DNA of 64,000 nucleotides. Source: an uncultured Gammaproteobacteria bacterium. Lineage in GTDB: Bacteria; Patescibacteriota; Patescibacteriia; Magasanikbacterales; UBA922. The stretch is from the NCBI GenBank assembly GCA_965231005.1, contig OZ246405.1:1095829-1159828 (forward strand). The letters are read 5' to 3'. Below are positions 26,328 to 34,574 of this stretch, piece by piece. A model generated the notes under the pieces. The model saw nothing but the letters and a program-made list of their open reading frames with translations, was not told the DNA's origin and made no database searches. Positions within the stretch are counted from its first letter, which is position 1, and every line of letters starts with the position of its first letter. Made by a program: the position numbers and the translations under genes.

Positions 26328-28382
26328 ATGAACAACTCTGACACAAATGATTTCATCATGATACAGGATGCGGCAGCATACCTGGACGTGAGCGCGAGCA
26401 CTCTGCGACGTTGGGAGGCAACGGGCAAGCTCGTGCCGGTTCGTCATCCACAGAATAGATACCGCTACTACAAGCGCTCTCAGCTGGAGCCGCTGCGCCT
26501 TGACTACACGCACGCGGAGCTCGAGGAGCCACATCGGCTCTTCTCGACGGCCATCGCGAAGATCGATGGCAACAAGAAGCTGCGTGATCCCCAGCAGGAG
26601 GCGCACAGCCACGTCCGCAAGCATTTCGCGACTTCGGATGCCCCCGCGATCCTGCAGATTCCGGTTGGCTGCGGGAAGACAGGGGTCATGGCCACACTCC
26701 CGTTTGGGGTTGCTAAGGGACGAGTGCTGGTTATCGTGCCAAACACCACGATTCGGGACGGAGTCGCCTCGGCGCTGAACAGTTCTAGTGCCAGGGCGTT
26801 TCTGAGGAAAGCGGAGGTCTTGTCCGACTTCTCGCACGGACCATTCCGGGCGATCCTGGATGGACCGAACGCGAACCTCTCCGACTGCGCAGACAGCCAT
26901 TTCGTCGTGGCGAACATTCAACAGCTGGCAAGTCGCGCTGACAGGTGGTTACCGCAGTTTCCGGACGACTTCTTCGACATGATCTTGGTGGACGAAGGTC
27001 ACCATAACGCCGCTCAGAGTTGGACGAGGGTGTTCGAGCGCTTTCCGAAGGCGAAAGTCGTCAGTCTGACGGCGACACCATTTCGCAGCGATGGGAAGCG
27101 ACTCCTCGGCGAGGTGATCTATCGCTACAGCTATACCCAGGCGATGCTGAAGGGCTACATCAAGCGCCTGCATGCCATCAACGCCTCGCCCCAGGAGATA
27201 TACTTTACCTACCGAGGTGATGAACGTCGCCACACTCTTGAGGAGGTGCTGGCGCTGAGAGAAGAGGCGTGGTTTCGCAGAGGCGTAGCCCTCGCGCCCG
27301 AGTGCAACAGACATATCGTCGATGCCAGCATTCATCGCTGCCTAAAGCTCAGGGAGAAGACCGGCCTCAAGCACCAGGTCATTGCGGCGGCTTGTTCGGT
27401 CGACCATGCACGGCAGGTGGAGGCACTCTACGAGCAGCGTAACTTCTCGACACGCTGCATCCACAGCAAGATGCCGGCGGAGGAGCAGGAGGCAGCGCTC
27501 CTGGCGCTTAGGAGCCGAAAGATCGACTGCATCGTGCAGGTGCAGATGTTGGGTGAAGGATTCGACCACCCCCCACTCTCCGTCGGCGCGATCTTTCGAC
27601 CCTATCGAAGCCTATCGCCGTTTATCCAATTCGTCGGTCGGATCATGAGGGTCGTGCACCAGGGGGACCCGGAGCATCCAGACAACAACGGCTACATCGT
27701 CTCGCATGTTGGACTAAACAACGATACCAACTGGGCCGACTTCCGCGAAATCGACCTCGACGACCAAGCTGAGATCCATCGCTGGCTCACGGAAAGTGAC
27801 ACAGAGTCGAGTGGCTCCGGAGAGGGCGGCCACGGGAGGAGGTTCGACGGTGGGATGGCGGTCGCAGACGAGGTAATCAGCCACTTCATCACACAGTCGT
27901 ATCTCGATCCGAACGACGACCGCGTCCTTGAGACGATTCTCAACCAGAAGATCCCTGGCACTCCATTCACGCTCAGCGCGCTCGTCTCGAAAGACGAGTT
28001 GAAGGCAAGAATGCTCGACGCCCAGAAGGAGCTGGAGCAAGCGCCGGTCCCCATCATTCCGCAACCACAGGACGTCCGCCGCACGACGAGACGCCGGGTC
28101 AATCAGCGATCGCGATCCGTCGCGAAACGGGTTCTTGATGACCTCCACCTCGGACTGCGCGGCCGTGAGGTCTCGAGAGCTGTGGCAGGTGCCGGGGGGA
28201 AGGCCAATCTCGACGCGCTGGTGGTTCTGATGAGCCGCGCAGTGAACGAGTACCTCGGAGTCGAGAAGGGTGGGCGAAGTGAAGTCCCAGGAGGCGCGCT
28301 TCAAGAAGTTTACGATCAGCTTGACGCACTGGGCGACCAAGTCAGGGACGAGGTCGCAGCTTCCATTTCAGAAAATAAGTAA
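26328..28382 (+). CDS. HTH (MerR/excisionase-like) domain fused to SF2 helicase (ResIII/DEAH-like ATPase)
   Basis: N-term IQDAAAYLDVSASTLRRWEATGKL HTH. Helicase motifs: I VGCGKTG, II ILVDEGHH, III SLTATP, V/VI QMLGEGFDHP ... FVGRIMR. ORF listed from 26310, but the -10 lies inside that start. About 230-aa C-terminal extension unassigned. Confidence 0.65.
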   Translation: MNNSDTNDFIMIQDAAAYLDVSASTLRRWEATGKLVPVRHPQNRYRYYKRSQLEPLRLDYTHAELEEPHRLFSTAIAKIDGNKKLRDPQQEAHSHVRKHFATSDAPAILQIPVGCGKTGVMATLPFGVAKGRVLVIVPNTTIRDGVASALNSSSARAFLRKAEVLSDFSHGPFRAILDGPNANLSDCADSHFVVANIQQLASRADRWLPQFPDDFFDMILVDEGHHNAAQSWTRVFERFPKAKVVSLTATPFRSDGKRLLGEVIYRYSYTQAMLKGYIKRLHAINASPQEIYFTYRGDERRHTLEEVLALREEAWFRRGVALAPECNRHIVDASIHRCLKLREKTGLKHQVIAAACSVDHARQVEALYEQRNFSTRCIHSKMPAEEQEAALLALRSRKIDCIVQVQMLGEGFDHPPLSVGAIFRPYRSLSPFIQFVGRIMRVVHQGDPEHPDNNGYIVSHVGLNNDTNWADFREIDLDDQAEIHRWLTESDTESSGSGEGGHGRRFDGGMAVADEVISHFITQSYLDPNDDRVLETILNQKIPGTPFTLSALVSKDELKARMLDAQKELEQAPVPIIPQPQDVRRTTRRRVNQRSRSVAKRVLDDLHLGLRGREVSRAVAGAGGKANLDALVVLMSRAVNEYLGVEKGGRSEVPGGALQEVYDQLDALGDQVRDEVAASISENK

Positions 28383-28388
28383 GAAACT

Positions 28389-28622
28389 ATGCCACAAATA
28401 AAGAATATTGCCCGTTCAGCGACGATTGACACAGCCAAGCGACAACGGTCGTGCAAGCGGTGTCGGGCAACGAAATCGATTGACGCGGGTTCGGACCACT
28501 TGGTGGTCCACGAAGCCCAGCGCGACTTCTACTACTGTCAGCGACACGCTATCGAGATCCTGGACACGGCAATCATTCATTGCCAGACCCTGAAGAAGCA
28601 GCTGGAGGCGGCTGCGATCTAG
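28389..28622 (+). CDS. small hypothetical protein with CxxC ... CxxH pattern (possible zinc ribbon)
   Basis: 77-aa ORF starting 7 nt after helicase stop; SCKRCRATKS ... YYCQRH; could be non-coding shadow in GC-rich DNA. Confidence 0.3.
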   Translation: MPQIKNIARSATIDTAKRQRSCKRCRATKSIDAGSDHLVVHEAQRDFYYCQRHAIEILDTAIIHCQTLKKQLEAAAI

Positions 28623-28663
28623 CTGGTCTTGCTGTGAATCGGCTCCAACGCGCGAAGAATCTT

Positions 28664-30109
28664 ATGACTACCGTCTCGGATTTCTACAACCTCAACCGCA
28701 GCCAGGGTGACCTGGATTTTGTGGACGTCGATATCTACGGCGATGTTCCTGTCTTTCTCGATCCTCGTGCCCTCCGACTACTCCCGACGCAGTGGGCCGA
28801 CCATTGTGTGAGCCTACTCCAGGACTTCTTCACCGTTGTACTGGGGCACATCCAAGCTGGGCGCGACCAGGCGGCTCGTTCATTGCTGGCAGCTCTGCGA
28901 GAGCCGAATGAGACTCATCTTGGGTTGTCCAAGGGCCGCTCTCAGGGCCGCGCGCTCGGCCGCACTTCCGCGTCACATGTGTGGGAGGCCCTGGCCAAGA
29001 GTTCCGCGGCTCGAAGTGGGCTTCTTGTGGACTTGGAGGACACCGTTCTGCTCGTCGAGGGCATTTCTTCGGACATCGTGTCTGACATGGCCACCAACAT
29101 AGTTCGAGGACCACTGATTGAGTACACCCAGGATGTGTGTCGTCAATTCGGAATCCCTCTGGTACCAGGAGTCGCATCGGGACCGTTGTGGAACCCGCAG
29201 ACTGGGCGCTGGGATCAAGCCTTGGTGGAACTACCCAAACCGCCAAGTGGAAGACTGCTGCTGATTCCGAAGGTCATCGTCAGGTACAAGCTCGACTACG
29301 ATGTTGGCGAATACTACCGACACTTCCTGCTCGAGCATCTCAAGATGGTCGAACTGCGGGCGAACTCCGAGCTCGTCGAACTACTCAGAGACGGCCGGCG
29401 CAGGGTCACCAAGAAGAAGCTGATCGAGAAGTACGGCAACTCCAAGGCCGCAGTCGTGCGGCTCACTCAGCGCTACCCACAGATTCTCGAGGACTACCGC
29501 CGTGCAAAGGACCGCGGTGTCTCTCCTCCACTAGAGCACGACACCATCGCCGATCTAACTCGGACACAGGAGCCGCAGTGGGACTCTCTGCTGAACGACG
29601 TTGTCACCAAGAATCCCGGCAGATCCGACGCATCAGCCTACCATGCTGCGGTTGAACGACTGTTGTCGGCATCCTTTTATCCAAACTGGACGAATCCAAG
29701 GAAGGAGGAGCCGCTTCACGACGGCAGGAAGCGGATAGATATTACATACACGAATATGGCCTCGTCGGGGTTCTTCTCTTGGCTGTCGAATCACCATCCT
29801 AGCGGCTCGATCATGGTTGAGTGCAAGAACTACTCGGGTGACCCGGCAAATCCCGAGCTTGATCAGCTGTCAGGACGCTTCTCCCCCAACAGGGGCAAGG
29901 TTGGCTTCCTGGTCTGTCGCTCTGTGCAGAACCGATCCCTATTCGAGCAGCGGTGCAAGGACACCGCCAGCGATGGTCGCGGGTTCATTCTCGTGCTCGA
30001 CGACGATGACCTGAGACTGATTGTCCAATCGAGGAAGGACGGAAATGCCAAGGTCGTTGACCAGATGCTTCACGAACGATTCGATCGGTTGGTTGGACTG
30101 GGGCGATGA
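28664..30109 (+). CDS. hypothetical protein with C-terminal PD-(D/E)xK-like nuclease motif
   Basis: ORF listed from 28580; MTTVSDFYNL start at 28664 avoids overlap. C-terminal RIDITYTN...(13 aa)...IMVECKNYS fits D...ExK restriction-endonuclease-fold signature, followed by Q..GRFS..GFLV. N-terminal about 330 aa unassigned. Confidence 0.45.
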   Translation: MTTVSDFYNLNRSQGDLDFVDVDIYGDVPVFLDPRALRLLPTQWADHCVSLLQDFFTVVLGHIQAGRDQAARSLLAALREPNETHLGLSKGRSQGRALGRTSASHVWEALAKSSAARSGLLVDLEDTVLLVEGISSDIVSDMATNIVRGPLIEYTQDVCRQFGIPLVPGVASGPLWNPQTGRWDQALVELPKPPSGRLLLIPKVIVRYKLDYDVGEYYRHFLLEHLKMVELRANSELVELLRDGRRRVTKKKLIEKYGNSKAAVVRLTQRYPQILEDYRRAKDRGVSPPLEHDTIADLTRTQEPQWDSLLNDVVTKNPGRSDASAYHAAVERLLSASFYPNWTNPRKEEPLHDGRKRIDITYTNMASSGFFSWLSNHHPSGSIMVECKNYSGDPANPELDQLSGRFSPNRGKVGFLVCRSVQNRSLFEQRCKDTASDGRGFILVLDDDDLRLIVQSRKDGNAKVVDQMLHERFDRLVGLGR

Positions 30110-30113
30110 GGGC

Positions 30114-31532
30114 CTACATCCACGTTGGCATGAGAGCAACTTCTAGTTCACCGCCGCTCCGTAGGCCAACGCTGCGAGCAACTGCGACGACTGCTTCCCG
30201 TCGCTTCGTTGCATCGTTGGCTCGCAGCATCTCGTCGATACCCTCAGCGAATTGCAGGAGCTGCGGTGTTTTCGGATCGTCGGCGTCGGGATCTCCACCA
30301 ACCGACTCCATCCACTCCACCATGCGTAGCGCTTCTCTGAGGCCCTGGTGCTCCATGCCGTAGAGCTCCTCGTCGACGTAGCCCTGCGCGTACTCGGTGG
30401 CGAGAGAGCGAAGTCGCTCTTGCAGCGTGCGTCGTTGTCGCCGGAGCTCGGCAACGCGCTCAGCCGATGACTTGTCGCGGTCCCGTTTCTGCTCACGCAA
30501 CTGCTTCTTCAGCTTCCGGATGACGGTCTCGGGGAGCTTCATCTCGAGCAGCTTGTCGACGACGGCTTGGTCAAGCTCGTCCGCCTTCCTCGCGAATCGA
30601 CAGAGCTTCGTGTGGCAGCGGTAGTAGCGGTACTTCTTGCCGCTCTTCTTGCGGTGCTCGGAGCCAACCAGGTTGCCGGCGCAACGCGGACACTTCACCA
30701 GGCCAGAGAGAAGGAACAGGTGTTTGCGCGGCTTGATACCGTGTCCACCACCTCGGACGGCGAAGACCTGCTGTGCGCGGGTGAACAGGTCCTTGGAGAC
30801 GAGAGCCGGGTATGACCCAGGAAAGACACCGACCTTGGTGACCATGAGCCCGTGGTAGAAGGGGTTCTGCAGGATCCTGCACCACTTGGTCGCGGCGATC
30901 TTGTTGCCGTACCTGCTGACCAGGCCCTTGCGGTACATGGCGTCAGCGAGTTCGGGGCTGGTGAGCTTCCCTTCGCTCCACAGCTCGAAGGCCTCGCGGA
31001 CCTTCATGGCCCGCGCCGGGTCGAAGACCAAGCGGCGGTTCTCCCAGAGGTAGCCAACTGGTGCTGGGCCGTTCCACAGGCCCTTCCTGAGCCGCTGCTC
31101 GAGGCTCTTGCGCACTTCGTGCGCCATGTTCGCGCTAGCGAACTCTGCGTTTGCAATCATAATATCTTCTGTAAATTGACCAGCGGGAGAGTCGTCGATG
31201 TGCTCAACAACGGAGTGGACCTTCGCACCGTGCTGTCGCAGCAGCGCGCGGTACACGTTGTACTGGTAGGTCCTGCGAGACAGGCGGTCGATCTTGTGCA
31301 CCAGGATGCCTGTGACGGCCGGGTCCTTCTTGACCCTCGCAATAGCGTCCAGCAAGCCTGGCCTCACGACGTTCTGCTTATAGGCGCTCTCGACGTCGGT
31401 GTAGTTCTCGACGATCTTGAGTCCGTGGTCATGCGCGTAACGCTTCATCGCGTGTAGTTGCGCTGGGATGGACAGCTCTCTGGCTGCCTGCGGGCCGGTA
31501 GAGACCCGCGCATAGGTTACGATATACATAGA
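30114..31532 (-). CDS. large serine recombinase (resolvase-domain integrase)
   Basis: N-term YARVSTGPQ...IPAQL catalytic-Ser resolvase domain (start MSMYIVTYARVST; ORF extends to 31562), recombinase domain, zinc ribbon CPRCAG...YYRCHTKLC, C-terminal coiled coil. Confidence 0.8.
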   Translation of the reverse strand, partial: SMYIVTYARVSTGPQAARELSIPAQLHAMKRYAHDHGLKIVENYTDVESAYKQNVVRPGLLDAIARVKKDPAVTGILVHKIDRLSRRTYQYNVYRALLRQHGAKVHSVVEHIDDSPAGQFTEDIMIANAEFASANMAHEVRKSLEQRLRKGLWNGPAPVGYLWENRRLVFDPARAMKVREAFELWSEGKLTSPELADAMYRKGLVSRYGNKIAATKWCRILQNPFYHGLMVTKVGVFPGSYPALVSKDLFTRAQQVFAVRGGGHGIKPRKHLFLLSGLVKCPRCAGNLVGSEHRKKSGKKYRYYRCHTKLCRFARKADELDQAVVDKLLEMKLPETVIRKLKKQLREQKRDRDKSSAERVAELRRQRRTLQERLRSLATEYAQGYVDEELYGMEHQGLREALRMVEWMESVGGDPDADDPKTPQLLQFAEGIDEMLRANDATKRREAVVAVARSVGLRSGGELEVALMPTWM

Positions 31533-31631
31533 CATTGTCTGGTTAGATGAGTAACCAGCCATCTTGCCAGAATCGCTGTTTTTGTGTAATATGTATCGTA
31601 TCTGAAAGCTGAGGCTCTGAGAGGTATCACA

Positions 31632-31650
31632 ATGAACACACCGTGTTCAT
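31632..31650. promoter_or_regulatory. perfect palindrome ATGAACAC-acc-GTGTTCAT upstream of recombinase gene (operator-like)
   Basis: 8-bp inverted repeat with 3-bp spacer, about 100 nt upstream of recombinase start on its promoter side. Confidence 0.35.
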
Positions 31651-31854
31651 TTGCATACCCCTTCCTGTGGATCGAGCTGTTTCCAGTTCTCTCCACTCGT
31701 CTCGGCTCAGGCACGTCAGCAAAAGACTACGCTGCAAGCAGCAGCGGGCCGTCGCGAGAGAGAGACTTCCGCGGCAGCGCCGGCAATTGATTACCAGTTG
31801 CTGCGTTCAAGCAGTTCCTCAGGAGGGTTCTAAACTCATGCCTACATGCCTGCG

Positions 31855-31891
31855 AAAAAATGAGTTGAGCTTTTGCTCAGCTCATTTTTTT
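31855..31891. terminator. terminator-like hairpin with flanking A/T runs (bidirectional)
   Basis: aaaaaatgagttgagc-tttt-gctcagctcattttttt; 11-bp stem with one G-U. Confidence 0.4.
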
Positions 31892-31900
31892 GTTGCAAGT

Positions 31901-31914
31901 AAGGGGAATCGAAC
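31901..31914. repeat. inverted partial copy of tRNA-Glu T-loop/acceptor core (gttcgattcccctt on minus strand)
   Basis: Reverse complement of aaggggaatcgaac matches tRNA 26142-26154 (gttcgattcccct) 13/13; not a functional tRNA (no T-stem pairing). Confidence 0.3.
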
Positions 31915-32023
31915 TGGGGATGGTAAGGGGCAGCGCCCCTTACATTTCTGGGGGTGACCGAGCGCAAGCGAGGACAAGAGGGGCGGAAGCCCCTATTGGG
32001 AGCGAGAATACGCGACGTGAGAT

Positions 32024-32039
32024 TTCCCCTACGGGCTGC
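32024..32039. repeat. attR-like 16-bp direct repeat of tRNA-Glu 3' end
   Basis: ttcccctacgggctgc identical to 26148-26163. Confidence 0.6.
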
Positions 32040-32106
32040 AGAAAGTAAAAATCCCGAGCTTGCTCGAGGATTTTTATTTTTAAAGCACGGACGGGGAAGA
32101 CACAGT

Positions 32107-32124
32107 ATTCCCCTACGGCCTGCC
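32107..32124. repeat. second att-like copy (attcccctacggcctgcc, 1 mismatch to tRNA 3' end)
   Basis: Matches tRNA 26147-26164 with g->c change; 68 bp after first attR copy. Confidence 0.45.
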
Positions 32125-32175
32125 GGCAGGCAGGGCTGCAGAGATAAAAAAATCCAAATTTATTTGGTTTTTTTA

Positions 32176-32203
32176 TTGACTTTTTCTCAAAAAATAGCAT
32201 AAT
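32176..32203 (+). promoter_or_regulatory. sigma70-like promoter TTGACT-16-CATAAT
   Basis: ttgact (32176-32181), cataat (32198-32203); 10 nt upstream of small ORF 32214-32420. Confidence 0.35.
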
Positions 32204-32213
32204 AGAAGTACCA

Positions 32214-32420
32214 ATGCTCATCCTGGAGGACCTCATGACAAAGACCAAGAAAAAAAAGCCGCCCCCCGGCCAAACTTGGGACCCACACGCACTGTTGCGT
32301 GCACGCCCTCCAGTGGATCCGGAACGAGAGGCGCTAAACAAGCGTCTGCGTGAAGCGATCCCTCGTGGGGCTGCCCAACCCGGCGGCATCATCTGCGACG
32401 AGCGCCCTCCTCAGGAGTAG
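32214..32420 (+). CDS. small Pro/Arg-rich hypothetical ORF (doubtful)
   Basis: 68 aa, no recognisable features; possibly a transcribed non-coding leader. Confidence 0.2.
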   Translation: MLILEDLMTKTKKKKPPPGQTWDPHALLRARPPVDPEREALNKRLREAIPRGAAQPGGIICDERPPQE

Positions 32421-32604
32421 GCGCCCGTACCTGCAATACTTTTGCGACGTTGTTCCCGAGCACCGGGAGCACTCATCGCACTCGCGGTGTACGGGAACAA
32501 CAAAAGAACATCTTATCTAAAGATGTTTTTTTGATTTATAACATTGACAAACCAAACAAAACATGAGATAAATACCCTACTTTCTCTCATCAAGAAAGCC
32601 TGTG

Positions 32605-32761
32605 CTGGGATGGCATAGGAACGCTCTTTCCAAAGGTTGGAACTTCTACTGGGATGGTAGTCGAGAGCTGAAACATTTTTCCCCATGATGAGCATACACG
32701 GGATGTGGATGTGGGGACGGGTGGTGGTTCAATCGAATGGATCACAGTATCTCTGGGATGG
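32605..32761. repeat. three copies of CTGGGATGG (32605, 32649, 32753) plus gggatgtggatgtgggg; iteron-like cluster
   Basis: Exact 9-mer three times within 160 bp in an AT-rich stretch upstream of ORF 32795-33676. Confidence 0.3.
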
Positions 32762-32794
32762 AGATAAGCCTGTAGTTTCACCAAAGAGGATGAC

Positions 32795-33676
32795 ATGTCA
32801 ACCACAACATTGACTTTCAACGAGGCCTGGAGCTCTGGGCCGCAAGTGTGGCTCCTGGAAGAAGGGAATGTCGGTGTCGAGCTGATGTACCTGTGGGCCA
32901 TGGGCCAAGCAACGTCACTGCAAGATCTGGAAGACCGGCTGATTGCCCGCTTCCCGAAAACCTGTCTGCTGATGCGCGACAACCACAAGGCGCTGCTGAA
33001 ATTCTGGACCGAACGGTACAAGCTGACCGCTCCGAGAACGAAGCATCCGCCAGAGGTGATCGAGCGGACACTGGATCGGTTCAAAGAATTGGCACTCGCC
33101 GGAACAAATACAGGGCGTAGGTCTGGTCTTTCGAAGTACTACATGCAAATCCTCAGCAAGGATACATGGGAGGAAAAGCCCCTGAGCTCCATGCATCGGT
33201 CTTCAGGCAAAACCCAATGCCTGGTGCCAGATAGATGGACCAAACGCAAAGTGTTTCACCCTCACTTCACTGCCTCAATGGGCAAACTCGGTGAGGTCGA
33301 TGTGAGGATCGCTCGTATCAGCGGACGAAGGAATCGCAAATTCTGGATCGGATTCTGCTTTGCACAGCGTGATCTGACTGCGCAGAAATGTGCAGAACTC
33401 CAGAAGTTGCCATTCACCCACTGGAGCGAAGCGACCATCCCGAGAACGGTTCTCAAAGTCGATGCTGCATTCGAGCTGATCATGTTCATGCCAGAAACAG
33501 CAATCGAGGCACGTATTCGTCAAACAGTGCGTGCAGTCAACTCGGGCCCCCTTTCTGACAATGCACGCTCTATCAAGTCATCCAAACAAATCGAACTGCT
33601 GCGTCAGATGAGCGACTGGCTCGAGGCGAACGGGATTCCGTGTACGTACCTCGAAGAAAATCGCATTGGGCTGTAG
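32795..33676 (+). CDS. hypothetical protein (293 aa, GC-rich)
   Basis: Long ORF with GC-rich codon usage, RBS-like aagagga 8 nt upstream; no recognisable motif. Confidence 0.4.
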   Translation: MSTTTLTFNEAWSSGPQVWLLEEGNVGVELMYLWAMGQATSLQDLEDRLIARFPKTCLLMRDNHKALLKFWTERYKLTAPRTKHPPEVIERTLDRFKELALAGTNTGRRSGLSKYYMQILSKDTWEEKPLSSMHRSSGKTQCLVPDRWTKRKVFHPHFTASMGKLGEVDVRIARISGRRNRKFWIGFCFAQRDLTAQKCAELQKLPFTHWSEATIPRTVLKVDAAFELIMFMPETAIEARIRQTVRAVNSGPLSDNARSIKSSKQIELLRQMSDWLEANGIPCTYLEENRIGL

Positions 33677-33896
33677 CTCAAAAACTCATCCCCGATACGT
33701 CGGGGGGGCAGGATGAGCCAACAACAGAACTCAAAGGAGATGGACACGACCTGCCCGTGTCCTCCCATACTGTTTCTTTAATAGAGGAAATAGTTAGGAT
33801 AAAAAACTACCACAAGCTGGTGGTTTTTTATTATCAGCAGCTTGCAAAAAAACAGTTTCACCATTATTATAAATCTACCCACACTTAACCAAGGAG

Positions 33897-34574
33897 ATGA
33901 ACGTGAAACATTCAAACGTTCTTTTCATTGCGATGGCTACAGCGTCGGTCATCCTTTTCACATCTTGCACTGGCAAAAAGGAAGCCACCCGGAAAACGGC
34001 AATTGTTGTCGAAACCACCCCAAGACCAAGAAAGCCAAATCCACCTCAACCGCCACCTTCCACTCCAAAATCACCCCAACCTCCACCAATCGACCTCTCG
34101 CAGTACAGGTACATCAAGACCGCCTGCACCACCTGTGGTTGCCCAAGAAGATACCTTGCACGCCAAGGAGATTCAGTGGTGTTGGTGACAGCAGCTGAAC
34201 TCAACAAAAATGCTCTCTGGAAGATCCACACAGGTAGCTTGAGAAGCAGGTCTGGACAATCGATCGCAACAACAGTCTTTGAACACTTTCGAGGCGGCTG
34301 TCTGGATTGGGGCAATGGTGGAACCTTGATCATCAACAGAGGAGGCTGCTTCAGAGCTTCAGGCACTCATTGGTCCCGAAGGACAAGACTCCCCAACCGT
34401 GCTCGAATCGGAGTTCAGGGGGCTGTTGGCTATCGAAGCTTTGGCAGCGGAAGATACGACAAGCACTACCTGGACTTTCAAGGACGTGGAAACTGTCACC
34501 CTTCTTTAATTCACGAAGATCGAGTGAATCGGAATACAGTCGGAGTATTTTGGCTGGTCCGAAAAGAACCATAA
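33897..34574 (+). CDS. lipoprotein with Pro-rich linker (hypothetical)
   Basis: Signal peptide with lipobox-like ILFTSC, then TPRPRKPNPPQPPPSTPKSPQPPP linker; AAGGAG RBS. Confidence 0.45.
   Translation: MNVKHSNVLFIAMATASVILFTSCTGKKEATRKTAIVVETTPRPRKPNPPQPPPSTPKSPQPPPIDLSQYRYIKTACTTCGCPRRYLARQGDSVVLVTAAELNKNALWKIHTGSLRSRSGQSIATTVFEHFRGGCLDWGNGGTLIINRGGCFRASGTHWSRRTRLPNRARIGVQGAVGYRSFGSGRYDKHYLDFQGRGNCHPSLIHEDRVNRNTVGVFWLVRKEP

Larger units (their letters stand above)
26166..32039. mobile_element. putative tRNA-Glu-associated integrative island (about 5.9 kb) carrying helicase / PD-(D/E)xK protein cargo and a large serine recombinase
   Basis: Flanked by 16-bp direct repeats of the tRNA 3' end; GC content visibly much higher than flanking chromosome; recombinase at right end reading inward. 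Confidence 0.5.

Noticed and set aside
26109-31457. Numerous overlapping 60-270-aa ORFs on both strands within the island (e.g. 26109-26921, 27714-28340, 29137-29655, 30852-31457)
   Set aside because: High GC removes stop codons and yields long Arg/Ala/Pro-rich shadow ORFs. The motif-supported helicase, nuclease-like and recombinase frames explain the coding capacity.
31895-31960. Possible minus-strand tRNA (GTTCGATTCCCC T-loop-like sequence)
   Set aside because: The flanking bases cannot form a T-stem (cccag vs cccct), and no acceptor or anticodon arms can be drawn. It is better explained as an inverted partial copy of the tRNA-Glu att core.
32214-32420. 68-aa ORF as a real gene
   Set aside because: Kept only at very low confidence. 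Pro/Arg/Gly-rich composition and position inside an att/promoter/hairpin region make a non-coding leader more likely.
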